DNA of 64,000 bases from an uncultured Chloroflexia bacterium (GTDB taxonomy: Bacteria > Chloroflexota > Limnocylindria > Limnocylindrales > CSP1-4). The DNA lies in assembly GCA_963752475.1 (NCBI GenBank), contig CAVVYR010000006.1, positions 192,001-256,000 of the forward strand, written 5' to 3'. Positions 19,217 through 28,389 of this stretch are shown here, piece by piece. Made by a program: the position numbers and the translations under genes. The notes under the pieces are model-generated. The model was given only the letters and a program-made list of their open reading frames with translations, made no database searches and was not told the DNA's origin. How positions within the stretch are numbered: the first letter of the stretch is position 1; each line of letters starts with the position of its first letter.

Positions 19217-19650
19217 GACTACGAGCCCGACTACGGTCGGCTCCAGCGACAGGCGACTACGAGCCTGACTACGGTCGGCTCCAGCGACCGCTCTCGCTGC
19301 TGCCGCCGTGTCGCCTCCATCGACACCGCACGCAGCTTGTGGTCAGGCGTCGCCAGGGCCGACCCTACCGGCCGATCCGGTGGATCCAGATGGACATATG
19401 TCGGCGAGGTCGACGGTAGTCCGACGGGCTGGTGGTCCTGGTGGTCGGATCGACGTAGACGTGGCGCTGGCGATGCCCAGCCACGCTCGGTGCAGGCCAT
19501 CGATCGCCTCGATCGGCCGGATCTCGTGACTACGAGCCTGACTACGGTCGGCTCCAGCGACAGGCGACCACGAGCCCGACGACGGTCGGCTCCAGCGACA
19601 GGCGACCACGAGCCCGACGACGGTCGGCTCCAGCGACAGGCGACCACGAG
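19217..19650. repeat. 38-bp hairpin-forming tandem repeats (REP-like), GACYACGAGCCYGACKACGGTCGGCTCCAGCGACAGGC
   Basis: Copies at 19217-19254, 19255-19288 (partial), 19528-19565, 19566-19603, 19604-19641 and 19642-19650 (partial); interrupted by the 247-bp repeat. Confidence 0.92.
19285..19531. repeat. 247-bp direct repeat, copy 2
   Basis: Near-identical to 17737-17983. Confidence 0.95.
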
Positions 19651-19677
19651 CGAGCGGATCCAGAGTCCATCGGCGGG

Positions 19678-20589
19678 TCAGGACGATGGCGGCGTGTTCG
19701 ATGCGGGCTTCGGCTCGCGGCTGGCCCAGAGCACGGCCACGATACCGGCGGTGGTGACGGCGATGCCGGCGATGTCGATGGGCGAGATGACCTCGCCGAG
19801 CACGATGATGCCGGCGATCACGCCCACCGCCGGCGCGCCCAGGTAGCCGATGCCGGCGGTCAGAGGCCCGAGTGCCCTGACGATCATCTGCGAGGCCCAG
19901 AAGGCGAAGGCCGTCGCGAGCGGGCCCGAGTAGAGCACCGCCAGCAGCGCTGCCAGGTCCCAGCTGATGGCCCCCAGCCGATCGCCCTCGAGCAAGAGCA
20001 TCAGCAGCGTCATCGGTACCAGCGCCACCAACAGCTGCCAGATCTGCGCATCGAAGGGCGTACCTACCCAGGTGTGCATCCGCACGTGCACCATGGCCAG
20101 CGCGCCGGAGCCGGCACCAAGCACCAGCAACAGCGACGCCAGGAGCGCGCCGTCGGCATCCCAGTCGATCGCGGCCGGGTTCAGCAGCAGCACCAACCCG
20201 GCCATGCCCAGCACCAGGCCGACGATCTCCGCGCGCTTGGGCAGCACCCGCGCGACCACGGCCATGATGGGCACGATCCAGAGCGGTGTGGTGTAGGCCA
20301 GGATCGACGAGCGCCCGGCCGGGATGTGCGGCAGCGCCAGGTTCATGGTGATGATCATCAGCGCGACCGCGAGGATGCCGTAGCTCAGGATGATGGGGTA
20401 GTCGCCGCGGATCGGCCGCTTCAGTCGTCCGGTCGCGGCCATGAGTACAGCCAGCGTGGCGATACCGCTCGCGAGCCTGAGCACACCGTAGGTGAAGGCG
20501 GGGATCGTCTCCAGCCCGACCTTGACCACGACCCAGTGGCTGCCCCACACGACCACCAGGGTGACGAGCAGCAGCCAGGCGCGGGTCAC
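19678..20589 (-). CDS. DMT/EamA-family transporter
   Basis: About 10 TM helices, VWGSHW, GRSSILAYTTPLW, VLGEVIS. Confidence 0.88.
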   Translation of the reverse strand: MTRAWLLLVTLVVVWGSHWVVVKVGLETIPAFTYGVLRLASGIATLAVLMAATGRLKRPIRGDYPIILSYGILAVALMIITMNLALPHIPAGRSSILAYTTPLWIVPIMAVVARVLPKRAEIVGLVLGMAGLVLLLNPAAIDWDADGALLASLLLVLGAGSGALAMVHVRMHTWVGTPFDAQIWQLLVALVPMTLLMLLLEGDRLGAISWDLAALLAVLYSGPLATAFAFWASQMIVRALGPLTAGIGYLGAPAVGVIAGIIVLGEVISPIDIAGIAVTTAGIVAVLWASREPKPASNTPPSS

Positions 20590-20634
20590 GGACGACGGTC
20601 GATGGGGGTCACTCGGCGAGGGTAGCCGCGCAGC

Positions 20635-21819
20635 CTAGTACCACGCACCCTCCAGGGCCGTCTCGACGAAGGCCTCGACGTTCGCCATCGGCGTGCCGTA
20701 CTCGAGGAAGTCGGCATTCTGGAGGATGAACCGCCCGCCGGGTTTGCCGGCTGCCATGGCCGCGGCGGTCGCCCGACGCACGTCGTCGACGGTGCCCTTC
20801 CCGATGACGTCGACCTGATCGACGCCGCCGATGATGACGTAGTCGTCGCCGACGAGGCGCACCGCCTCCGCCAGGTCGGCGTCGCCCAGCTTGGGTGGTG
20901 GCGAGAACGGCTCGACGGCTGCCACGCCGAGGCCCTTGTAGGCCTCTACGAGGTCCTGGATCTGACCGCAGTTGTGATAGGCCGCCGGGGTGCCGCCCTG
21001 CTGCGCGACCTCGATCTGCTGACGCTCCCAGCCGAGGACGTGCTGCTCGTAGTTCGGACGGCCGATGAAGCCGCCGGGCACGTTGCCACCGACGAAGAGG
21101 ATGTCCACGCCGGGCGCATCGCAGGCGCGCGTGTACTCCCGGACGCGATCGAGCGAGACCTCCATCAGGCGTCGGTAGTACTCGGGGTCCTCGTAGAAGA
21201 GCGAGTAGAGGACGTCTTCGGTGGTCAGCAGCGAGGCCATGTTGAAGGGCCCGTGCGGGGCCCAGACCCCGACCCAGCCGTCGTCCCCCACGGCCTCGCG
21301 TACGGGCGCCACGGCCCGGGCCAGCCGCTCGGGATAGTCGGGCAGCATCCGCGGTTCGTAGGCGGCCACGAGCTCGAGGTCCGCACGCGAGTGCACCGGC
21401 TTCCGCGTGCACGCGTACATCAGCGTGCCCGGGCGGATCTCGTCGATCGAGTACTCCTGTCGCAGATCGCCTTGGGGCGTGTGGATGAGCGACGAACGGA
21501 CCGTCGTGCGGCCGTCGCGGCGCTCGGTCGTCTCCACCTGCCAGTCGTCGGTCGAGCGGCTGACGTCGAGCCCGCCCAGCAGCATCCACTGGAACTCGCC
21601 CAGGGTGCCGAAGAGGAGGCGCGCCATGATGTCGACCCCGAGCTCGCGCTGCACTTCGACGGTCTTGAGCTGGATCTCGAGCGAGTCCCACGGGTCGATG
21701 TCGGGATAGAGCTGGTTGATGAAGTGGCCCTGGTCCTGGATGAACAGCGTCACCGGGACGCGGTCAGGCAGCTCGCCCCGGAAGACGGCCTCGAAGCGTT
21801 GGCGCCCGGTCATCGTCAT
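20635..21819 (-). CDS. Uroporphyrinogen decarboxylase/MtaA-like family protein
   Basis: LPDRVPV, YHNCG, GGVDQ, GGRFIL, TPMANVEAF. Confidence 0.8.
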   Translation of the reverse strand: MTMTGRQRFEAVFRGELPDRVPVTLFIQDQGHFINQLYPDIDPWDSLEIQLKTVEVQRELGVDIMARLLFGTLGEFQWMLLGGLDVSRSTDDWQVETTERRDGRTTVRSSLIHTPQGDLRQEYSIDEIRPGTLMYACTRKPVHSRADLELVAAYEPRMLPDYPERLARAVAPVREAVGDDGWVGVWAPHGPFNMASLLTTEDVLYSLFYEDPEYYRRLMEVSLDRVREYTRACDAPGVDILFVGGNVPGGFIGRPNYEQHVLGWERQQIEVAQQGGTPAAYHNCGQIQDLVEAYKGLGVAAVEPFSPPPKLGDADLAEAVRLVGDDYVIIGGVDQVDVIGKGTVDDVRRATAAAMAAGKPGGRFILQNADFLEYGTPMANVEAFVETALEGAWY

Positions 21820-22979
21820 CGGTCGAGCCCTCTGTTGTGACGCGAGATGACCTCCCAGGCCTCGAGCCCGGTTCGATGCGAGTCTCGTCGCACCGGCGTC
21901 ACCTGGGCCGTGCCGTAGTGGAGTGCGGTCGCGGCCGCCGGATACGTGGCCACGATGGCGCCCCGTGGCTCGAGTCCCGCGAAGAGGTCAGTGAAGTAGG
22001 CCTCCGGGTCGGTGGGCGTGTAATCGCAGACCATGATGGCGGCACGCTCGCCGATGACGCGCTGGGCCTCGAAGATCTGCTCGAACTCGCCCATGCACCA
22101 GGCGTTCAGGCCCACCAGCCCGGGCGTCGAGAGGTAGTTCTCCAGCTGGTGGTAGGCGTTGCCGCAGTAGTGCAGGGTCCCGCCGCCGAAGGCTTCGAAG
22201 ACGCGCCCGTTGTAGGGCACCACGAACTCACGGTAGAGGTCCGGCGAGAGCACGGTGCTGTCGTCGTCACTGAGCCAGACGCCACCGAAGCCCGGCGGGA
22301 TGGCGATCAGGTGCGGAAAGGCCCCGCCCTCGAGCGGTGCGCCGGCGCGCTCCTTCTGCAGCCGGACCCAGTCGATGAGCACGGTCGTGCAGAAGTCCAT
22401 CAGCTCGTGCACAGCGGTCGGGTGCTCGAACATCCAGATGCAGAGCCGCTCGAGCCCGACGAGGTTGAGCGCGATGTTCAGCGGACCCTGGTTGTCGGTG
22501 AAGCTGATGGGCAGCTCCGATCCGGCGCGGAAGTGATCGATGCAGGCGAGCACCCGGGGCATGAGGCCGTCACGCTCGGGGTCGGGCGGCACGAGCCGGG
22601 CCACGGACGCGGGGTCATCGAGGACGGTCCCTGCTACCGCCGGCTCCTCGCCCGCCTGCAGCAGCACCTCGCAGCCGATGGCCGAGGGCACCACGCCGGT
22701 GCCGTACCAGGGGAAGAGGTAGGGCAGGTAGGCGTCGTCAGCGAGGCCCTCGAGGTGGGTCGTCATCTTCGCGGACTGGAACTCGAGCTGAGTGCCATAG
22801 GCGCCCTCGTCGAAGTAGTGCGGCGGGATCAGCGCCGGGTCTTCCCCGGTGATCCAGTAGTTGACGTCGCCCACCAGCACCGGCACGCGCTCGACCGGCT
22901 CGTGCCGGTAGGCGGCTCCGATGCGCTCGTGGACTGCCCGTGTCCGCGCTGGATCCGGCGTGATCGATGTACTCGGCAC
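21816..22979 (-). CDS. Uroporphyrinogen decarboxylase/MtaA-like family protein
   Basis: DNQGPLNIA, WMFEHPTAVHELM, LSDDDSTVLSPDLYREFVVPY, LHYCG; GTG start with GGGAGG RBS. Confidence 0.75.
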   Translation of the reverse strand: MPSTSITPDPARTRAVHERIGAAYRHEPVERVPVLVGDVNYWITGEDPALIPPHYFDEGAYGTQLEFQSAKMTTHLEGLADDAYLPYLFPWYGTGVVPSAIGCEVLLQAGEEPAVAGTVLDDPASVARLVPPDPERDGLMPRVLACIDHFRAGSELPISFTDNQGPLNIALNLVGLERLCIWMFEHPTAVHELMDFCTTVLIDWVRLQKERAGAPLEGGAFPHLIAIPPGFGGVWLSDDDSTVLSPDLYREFVVPYNGRVFEAFGGGTLHYCGNAYHQLENYLSTPGLVGLNAWCMGEFEQIFEAQRVIGERAAIMVCDYTPTDPEAYFTDLFAGLEPRGAIVATYPAAATALHYGTAQVTPVRRDSHRTGLEAWEVISRHNRGLDR

Positions 22980-23111
22980 TGGCTCCCTCCCGCACTGACT
23001 GTCGGCTGAGCCTCTGGCTCCGAGACAGTGCCGAATGGGGCCCCGAAGCGGGCCGGTGGGTCCGCTGCCTTCGCTATCATCAAATGACGAAGGGGGGCAT
23101 TCCGACTCACG

Positions 23112-23810
23112 ATGGGCCTGATCGGGCGTCCGCTGAGCACACGCCGGGCCTACTTGCCCTGGGTAGCCGCAGCCGCGGCCGCCAGCGTAGGCGCAGGCCT
23201 GCTGCAGCTGGCCGGCTCGACGTCCGACCTGGCCCGCTACCTGGGGCCGCTGCCGCCGGCCGCGACGGTGGCTGCCCTGGGCGCTGCCGGGCTTGGCGCG
23301 CTCGCCCTCCTCGAGCGGCGCGGCTACTGGCGCCGGGCCTGCGACTCGCGCACGGTCAGGGGTCTGGCCCTGGCTACGGTGGCGACGCTGCCCTTCGTGG
23401 CCATCGCCGTCACCGTGGACCTGGCTATCGGCTTCCCCGAAGACACCAACATCACCTGGCCGGCCGCCTGGCTCTTCTACCCAGCCATCGCGGTGGCCGC
23501 GGAGACGGTCTTCCACCTGCTTCCATTGGCCGGGCTGACGTGGCTCTCTGGCATCCGCCTCCAAGGGCGTGGCCTCAGCCGTCGGACCGCAGCGCTGATG
23601 GTGCCCACGGCAGCGGTCGAACCGGCCGCACAGGTGCTGCTGGGCTCGGCCCTACCCGCGTTCGTGATGCCGCACGTCTTCGTCTTCGGGCTGGTCCAAC
23701 TGGTCCTGTTGCGCCGCTACGGGTACGTGCCCATGCTCTGGTTTCGCGTCTGCTACTACCTGCTCTGGCACGTCCTCTGGGGTGCCGCTCGACTGCGACT
23801 GTCGTGCTAG
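23112..23810 (+). CDS. Integral membrane protein (possibly CPBP/Abi-like)
   Basis: Hydrophobic helices, AETVFHLL and YYLLWH motifs. Confidence 0.55.
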   Translation: MGLIGRPLSTRRAYLPWVAAAAAASVGAGLLQLAGSTSDLARYLGPLPPAATVAALGAAGLGALALLERRGYWRRACDSRTVRGLALATVATLPFVAIAVTVDLAIGFPEDTNITWPAAWLFYPAIAVAAETVFHLLPLAGLTWLSGIRLQGRGLSRRTAALMVPTAAVEPAAQVLLGSALPAFVMPHVFVFGLVQLVLLRRYGYVPMLWFRVCYYLLWHVLWGAARLRLSC

Positions 23811-23835
23811 TCCATCGCTCGCCCAGGGCCGGGCA

Positions 23836-24984
23836 TCAGCCGGCGCCGTAGTTGATGGCGGTGTCGTAGGCCGCTTCGATGTTCTCCGGGGGCACGAAGG
23901 CCTGGATGTTATGGACCGTGGCGAAGACGAAGCCGCCACCGGGTGCGAAGTCGTCGATGCGCCGCTTGACCTCATCTCGGACCTCGTCGGGCGTACCGAA
24001 GGGCAGCACCTTCTGGGTGTCGACGCCACCGCCCCAGAAGACGATGTCGTTTCCGTAGGCCGCCTTGAGCCGCGCGGAGTCCATGCCCTCGGCATTGACC
24101 TGCACCGGGTTGACGATGTCCACGCCGATCTCGATGAGATGGGGGATGAGCTCGTAGACCGCGCCGCAGCCGTGGTAGAAGAGCTTGGCGTCGGTGCGGG
24201 ACTTGATGGCCTCGAAGAGGCGCTTCTGGCGCGGCTTGATGACATCCACGTAGGAGTCGGGGTTGATCATCCAGCCCTGCTGCGTGGCCACGTCGTCCCA
24301 GAAGGTGAAGACGTCGATGAGTCCACCGACCTCGGCCAGGTAGCGGTCGACCGCCTCGATATAGATGTCGGTGATGCCGTCGGCCAGCTTGTTGGCGAAC
24401 TCGGGCGCCATCAGCAGCGACATCATGAACGGCTCCATACCCATCACGCGGCACGATTGCTCGAAGATGCCGCCGCCGATGACGCCGGAACCGACGAGTG
24501 CGAAGTCGGTCGTCGCCCGCAGTTGCTCGGCGCGCTCGCGCAGCCCGGCGATGAGCTCGGGCGGATCGGGCTCGGGCCAATCGTATGACTCGAGGCTGGA
24601 CAGCTCCATGTCCTTGATGGGGAAGTCCACCCAGTCGTAGTAGAGGGGCTTCTCCTTGGGCATGCGCATCTTGGCGCCCCAGCGATCCCACATCGCGAGG
24701 TAGTCGCCCTCATCGACGATCTCGACGCCCTTCACGTGCGTCGGGGGCAGCTGCACCATGCGCGTATCGACGCGGAACCGCTCCAACACGTCCTCGCCGA
24801 TGTAGGGCAACTGCTGGACCTCGTCGTAGACCACGATCTCCTCGTCGGGCAGACCCAGATGCTCGCGCAGCGGCTCGTACGCCGCTCTCGTGCAGGAGGT
24901 CACGATCGACGATCCGAGATCGATGGGGACGCGGTCCGGCTCCTGGTGGTTCAGGGCGGCCAGGATGCGCTCGCGTGGTGTCAT
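23836..24984 (-). CDS. Uroporphyrinogen decarboxylase/MtaA-CmuA family protein
   Basis: MTPRERILAALNHQEPDRVPIDLG, WDDVATQ, YHGCG, NPVQ, LPFGTP, GGGFVFATVHNIQ. Confidence 0.88.
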   Translation of the reverse strand: MTPRERILAALNHQEPDRVPIDLGSSIVTSCTRAAYEPLREHLGLPDEEIVVYDEVQQLPYIGEDVLERFRVDTRMVQLPPTHVKGVEIVDEGDYLAMWDRWGAKMRMPKEKPLYYDWVDFPIKDMELSSLESYDWPEPDPPELIAGLRERAEQLRATTDFALVGSGVIGGGIFEQSCRVMGMEPFMMSLLMAPEFANKLADGITDIYIEAVDRYLAEVGGLIDVFTFWDDVATQQGWMINPDSYVDVIKPRQKRLFEAIKSRTDAKLFYHGCGAVYELIPHLIEIGVDIVNPVQVNAEGMDSARLKAAYGNDIVFWGGGVDTQKVLPFGTPDEVRDEVKRRIDDFAPGGGFVFATVHNIQAFVPPENIEAAYDTAINYGAG

Positions 24985-25047
24985 GGAGTTTCCCCTCCGG
25001 GTGTCGTGGCTTCGTTGGTTGGGGTCGTCGTTCGCGGTCGTCTCATC

Positions 25048-26355
25048 TCACATGCCGAAGACCGACCGGGCCAGGTCGGTCCAGGTCCGCAGCCGGGAGC
25101 GGTCGCCGCCGACGTCGTAGACGTCGCGGAAGAGCAGCTCCACGTTGCAGTCGCCCCGCAGCGCCGCGTCGTACGTGCGTCGCAGGTCGGCCTTAGCCTT
25201 GTCCCAGTGAGGCTCGGCGCCGCTGATCGGCACCGGGTCGGGCTTGCGGCTGAAGACGTAGCGGTCGCCCAGCAGTTCCGCGGTGCGGTCGAAGTCGGCC
25301 CACGGCGTGACCGAGACCGAGCGCAGGTTGGGCATGGCCTCGATGATCAGCTCGAGCCGATCGGTCTGGGGCTCGCAGCAGCCGTAGTAGACCAGCCCGA
25401 AGCGGTCGGTCACACGCTTGATGTAGGGCAGCACGAACTCGCTGAACATGGCTGGACTGATGGGCGTCGATTCCTGTGACTCGGCCCAGCACCAGAGGTC
25501 GCTCAGCTTGCCAGGGGCCTGCTCGGTGGAGGGCAGGTCTGAGCAGTAGCCATAGGCCCGCGGCCCCGCGAGCATGTTGTCGGTGTTGGGCACGATGAGG
25601 CCCTGCTCCTCGAGGTAGCCGAACTGGCGCTCGCGGTCCGCGACCATGTACTCCATCAGCTGGTGGATGGTCTCGGGCAATTCGTAGACCCACCTCAGCA
25701 GGCCGTCGTTGCCGATGAAGCGGTAGATCTGCCAGGTCAGGCCGATGAAGTAGTTGCCGGCCCATGACTCAGCGCCCTCGTCGGTCATGAAGTGGTCGTA
25801 GTTCCCGACCACCACCGGCAGGATGTCGCCGAAGGTGTCCTCCAGCAGCTGCAGCTTCGCTTGCGTGCCCTCGCGGTCGAGGCTGAACTGCCGTGGCCGG
25901 AGCGATGCCACATCGGCAGGCGTCTTGATGGGGAAGTTGAAGGTGTAGCCGATGGACGAGCCGTCGGCCGCGGTCGGGCCGGGGATCTGGACCACGTCGA
26001 CGCCCCAGCCGGTGTCCTCGATGTCCCAGCCCAGTCGGAAGTAGGGCTCGAAGACGATGTCGTCACCGACCTCATCGAAGTGGTGGATGTGCTCGAGCAT
26101 CGTGGCCTCGACCGCCCGCAGCACCGGGTGGCTGCACTCGATCTCGTCCGCGCGCACGTACTGGTCGACGGTGCCGACCTCGAAGAGCACCATCGGCCGC
26201 TCCGGTCGCAGGTCGTGGAGGGCGGTCCAGGCGCGCTTGCGCTCGGCCATCGCGGGCAGGGCCGCGATCTCCGCCCAGCGGGAGGCGAGGGCTCGGACGC
26301 GCTCCCGCTCGGTAGCGCTCACGGCGCCGCTTGCCGTGCTGCCATCGGCGTTCAC
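25048..26355 (-). CDS. Conserved hypothetical protein, distant URO-D-fold
   Basis: ESQEST.ISPAMFSEFVLPY, YYGCCEP, SVTPWAD, FSRKPDP; GTGA overlap with the upstream gene. Confidence 0.65.
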   Translation of the reverse strand: MNADGSTASGAVSATERERVRALASRWAEIAALPAMAERKRAWTALHDLRPERPMVLFEVGTVDQYVRADEIECSHPVLRAVEATMLEHIHHFDEVGDDIVFEPYFRLGWDIEDTGWGVDVVQIPGPTAADGSSIGYTFNFPIKTPADVASLRPRQFSLDREGTQAKLQLLEDTFGDILPVVVGNYDHFMTDEGAESWAGNYFIGLTWQIYRFIGNDGLLRWVYELPETIHQLMEYMVADRERQFGYLEEQGLIVPNTDNMLAGPRAYGYCSDLPSTEQAPGKLSDLWCWAESQESTPISPAMFSEFVLPYIKRVTDRFGLVYYGCCEPQTDRLELIIEAMPNLRSVSVTPWADFDRTAELLGDRYVFSRKPDPVPISGAEPHWDKAKADLRRTYDAALRGDCNVELLFRDVYDVGGDRSRLRTWTDLARSVFGM

Positions 26356-27320
26356 GTGCCTGGCTCCCCGAAGGTGTAGGCGGCACCGGGGGTCTTGACG
26401 AAGAGCGTATCGATCTCGGCATCGCCGAAACCGATCTCCGCGCGCATGCGGTCGCTCCACTCGCCCAGCAGGTAGGCCCAGCCGGGCCAGCCGCCGTACT
26501 GCTTCCAATACTTCTGGCGAGCGGCGTCGAGCCCGATGGTGATGTGGTCGAGCAGGCCGTCCTCGGCGGCCCAGGCCAGCAGCTGCAGCGTGCCGTTGGG
26601 CTGGCCCTCCTTGGCCCGCATGTGCTGGTCGTACTCGACGCGTGCGCCGGTGGCGGCGATGTCGCGCATGTAGCCGCGGTCGACGATCTTGTCGGTGTGG
26701 CTGAGCACGATATGTGCGGGGTCGGCGCCGTGCTTCACGAGGAACTCGACCTGCTCGAGCGCGCCGGTGCCGTGCTCGCAGTGGGTCAGGATGGGGCAGC
26801 CGGTGCGGTGCTGGGCCTGGCCCGCGGCCGCGAACACGACCTCGTCGCGCGGGGTCAGCCCGCCGTCGGACCCGGCGATCTTCATGACCCCGGCCTTGTG
26901 TGGCGTCCGCTTGACGATCGGGCCGTTGTAGTCCAGCTCGTCGATGCCTTCTTCGATGTCAGCCACGAAGAGGTCCGCGATCTCGTCGGCGGACAGGCGT
27001 ACCGACCAGTGGCGGTCGTGGTAATAGCGCTCGTGGTGCAGCCCGGATGGAGCGATGACGTTGACGCCGCTGGCCTTGGCGATGTCGGCGAGCATGATCA
27101 CGTCCCGGCCCGCGTCGCAGGGCATGGCGTCGACGACCGTGCGCAGGCCCAGCGCCTGTGCCGGGGCCAGCTCGGCCACGGTCTTGTCGACGTCCGCGAG
27201 GTCGAAGTCCGGCTGGTACTCGATGGGCCGGCCCCCGTGGATGACGAGATGCTCGTGGGCGTAGACGATGCCCATCTCCCCGGTGGGGATGTCGCCAAGG
27301 ACGGTGCGGGCGAAAGACAT
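26352..27320 (-). CDS. Phosphotriesterase-family (amidohydrolase) protein
   Basis: RTVLGDI, HEHL, AGVMK, PILTH, VLSHTD, GLD metal ligands. Confidence 0.88.
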   Translation of the reverse strand: MSFARTVLGDIPTGEMGIVYAHEHLVIHGGRPIEYQPDFDLADVDKTVAELAPAQALGLRTVVDAMPCDAGRDVIMLADIAKASGVNVIAPSGLHHERYYHDRHWSVRLSADEIADLFVADIEEGIDELDYNGPIVKRTPHKAGVMKIAGSDGGLTPRDEVVFAAAGQAQHRTGCPILTHCEHGTGALEQVEFLVKHGADPAHIVLSHTDKIVDRGYMRDIAATGARVEYDQHMRAKEGQPNGTLQLLAWAAEDGLLDHITIGLDAARQKYWKQYGGWPGWAYLLGEWSDRMRAEIGFGDAEIDTLFVKTPGAAYTFGEPGT

Positions 27321-27342
27321 GGGGCCTCCTATCGGGCTGGGG

Positions 27343-28359
27343 TCAGGGCGACGCGGAGCCCGATGCGGGGGCAGCATCGGCGACGGTCTGCATGACGCGG
27401 GCGACGGCGCCGAGGACGCCGGCATGGTCGGAGCGTTCGGCGCGCCGGATGGGGATGATGCGCTCCTTGGGATAGCGGAAGGCGTAGCGGTCGACGTAGG
27501 CCTGGACCTGTGGCAGGAAGTGATCGGCCTGGGCCATGGGGCCGCCGGAGAGGACGACGACCTCGGGATCGTAGGCATGGATCGCGGTGACGATCGTCGC
27601 ACCGAGGTCGCGGCAGAAGTGCTGCATGATCTCGCGGGCCACGCGGTCGCCGGCATCGACCCCTTCGATAAGGGTCCGGAAGGTGATGGCGCCGGGATCT
27701 TGCTGGTAGGCCTCGGTGATGGTGGAGGGCACCTTGCGCGTGACGTAGTCGCGCATGCGGGCCACGACGGCGTTGGCCGAGACCAGCGTCTCCGCGCAGC
27801 CGACGTTGCCGCAGAGGCAGGTCCGTCCGCCGATGGCGATCGTCGCGTGCCCGAAGGAGACGCCGCCCGCGAGGTTCTTGGTGGCCAGCGGCCGACCGCC
27901 GATGATGGCGCCAGCGCCGATGCCGGTGCCGATGGTCAGGCCGACCGCGTCCTCGTGGCCTCGTGCCGCGCCGAAGCGCCACTCCGCGAGGATGGCCGCG
28001 GCCCCATCGTTGACGCAGCGGGCGGGAACGCCGAAGCGCGTTTCGAGTCGCTCGCGGATGGGGAAGTCCTCGATGCCGGGGACCTTGCCGGGCAGGTTGC
28101 GCACCCCGAAGCCAGGCTCCACGAGGCCGGGGGCGGCGACGCCGATGCCGCGCAGCCCATCCTGACCGCGTCGCTCGACGGCCTCGTCGGCGTACGCCAG
28201 GATCTGCCTCCAGACGGCCTCGAAGGGCTGGTGATCGACCTCCACCACGCGAGCGTCGAGGACCTCGCCGTCATCGCTGACGACGCCGACCTTCGTGCGC
28301 GTCCCTCCGACGTCGTAGCCCAGCCACCAACCGATGGTTTCCGTCGTGTGCAGCTCCAT
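27343..28359 (-). CDS. ROK-family sugar kinase
   Basis: GYDVGGT, VNDGAAAILAE, TIGTGIGAG, CLCGNVGCAET; no N-terminal HTH. Confidence 0.88.
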   Translation of the reverse strand: MELHTTETIGWWLGYDVGGTRTKVGVVSDDGEVLDARVVEVDHQPFEAVWRQILAYADEAVERRGQDGLRGIGVAAPGLVEPGFGVRNLPGKVPGIEDFPIRERLETRFGVPARCVNDGAAAILAEWRFGAARGHEDAVGLTIGTGIGAGAIIGGRPLATKNLAGGVSFGHATIAIGGRTCLCGNVGCAETLVSANAVVARMRDYVTRKVPSTITEAYQQDPGAITFRTLIEGVDAGDRVAREIMQHFCRDLGATIVTAIHAYDPEVVVLSGGPMAQADHFLPQVQAYVDRYAFRYPKERIIPIRRAERSDHAGVLGAVARVMQTVADAAPASGSASP

Positions 28360-28389
28360 GGTCAGACGATACCGCCCCGAGACCGCGAC

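Larger units (their letters stand above)
17984..19220 (+). mobile_element. IS110-family (IS1111-type) insertion sequence
   Basis: DEDD transposase; subterminal IRs CTATGAAG (17985-17992) and CTTCATAG (19208-19215); shared GACT at both junctions; empty site preserved at 19523-19536. Confidence 0.93.

Noticed and set aside
17737-19531. 247-bp repeats as target-site duplication or LTR-like ends of the IS
   Set aside because: Copy 2 is separated from the IS by 38-bp units and has two substitutions; IS110 elements do not make long duplications; the element ends are defined by the GACT core and subterminal IRs
19217-19650. CRISPR array (38-bp palindromic repeats)
   Set aside because: Repeats are directly adjacent with no unique spacers, and there are no cas genes in the window
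22985-23110. Cobalamin riboswitch upstream of the URO-D-like gene (CACTG and AGCCAG fragments on the minus strand)
   Set aside because: The core GGGAA..GGTG.AA.TCC elements and a proper B12 box were not found; an Rfam scan would be needed
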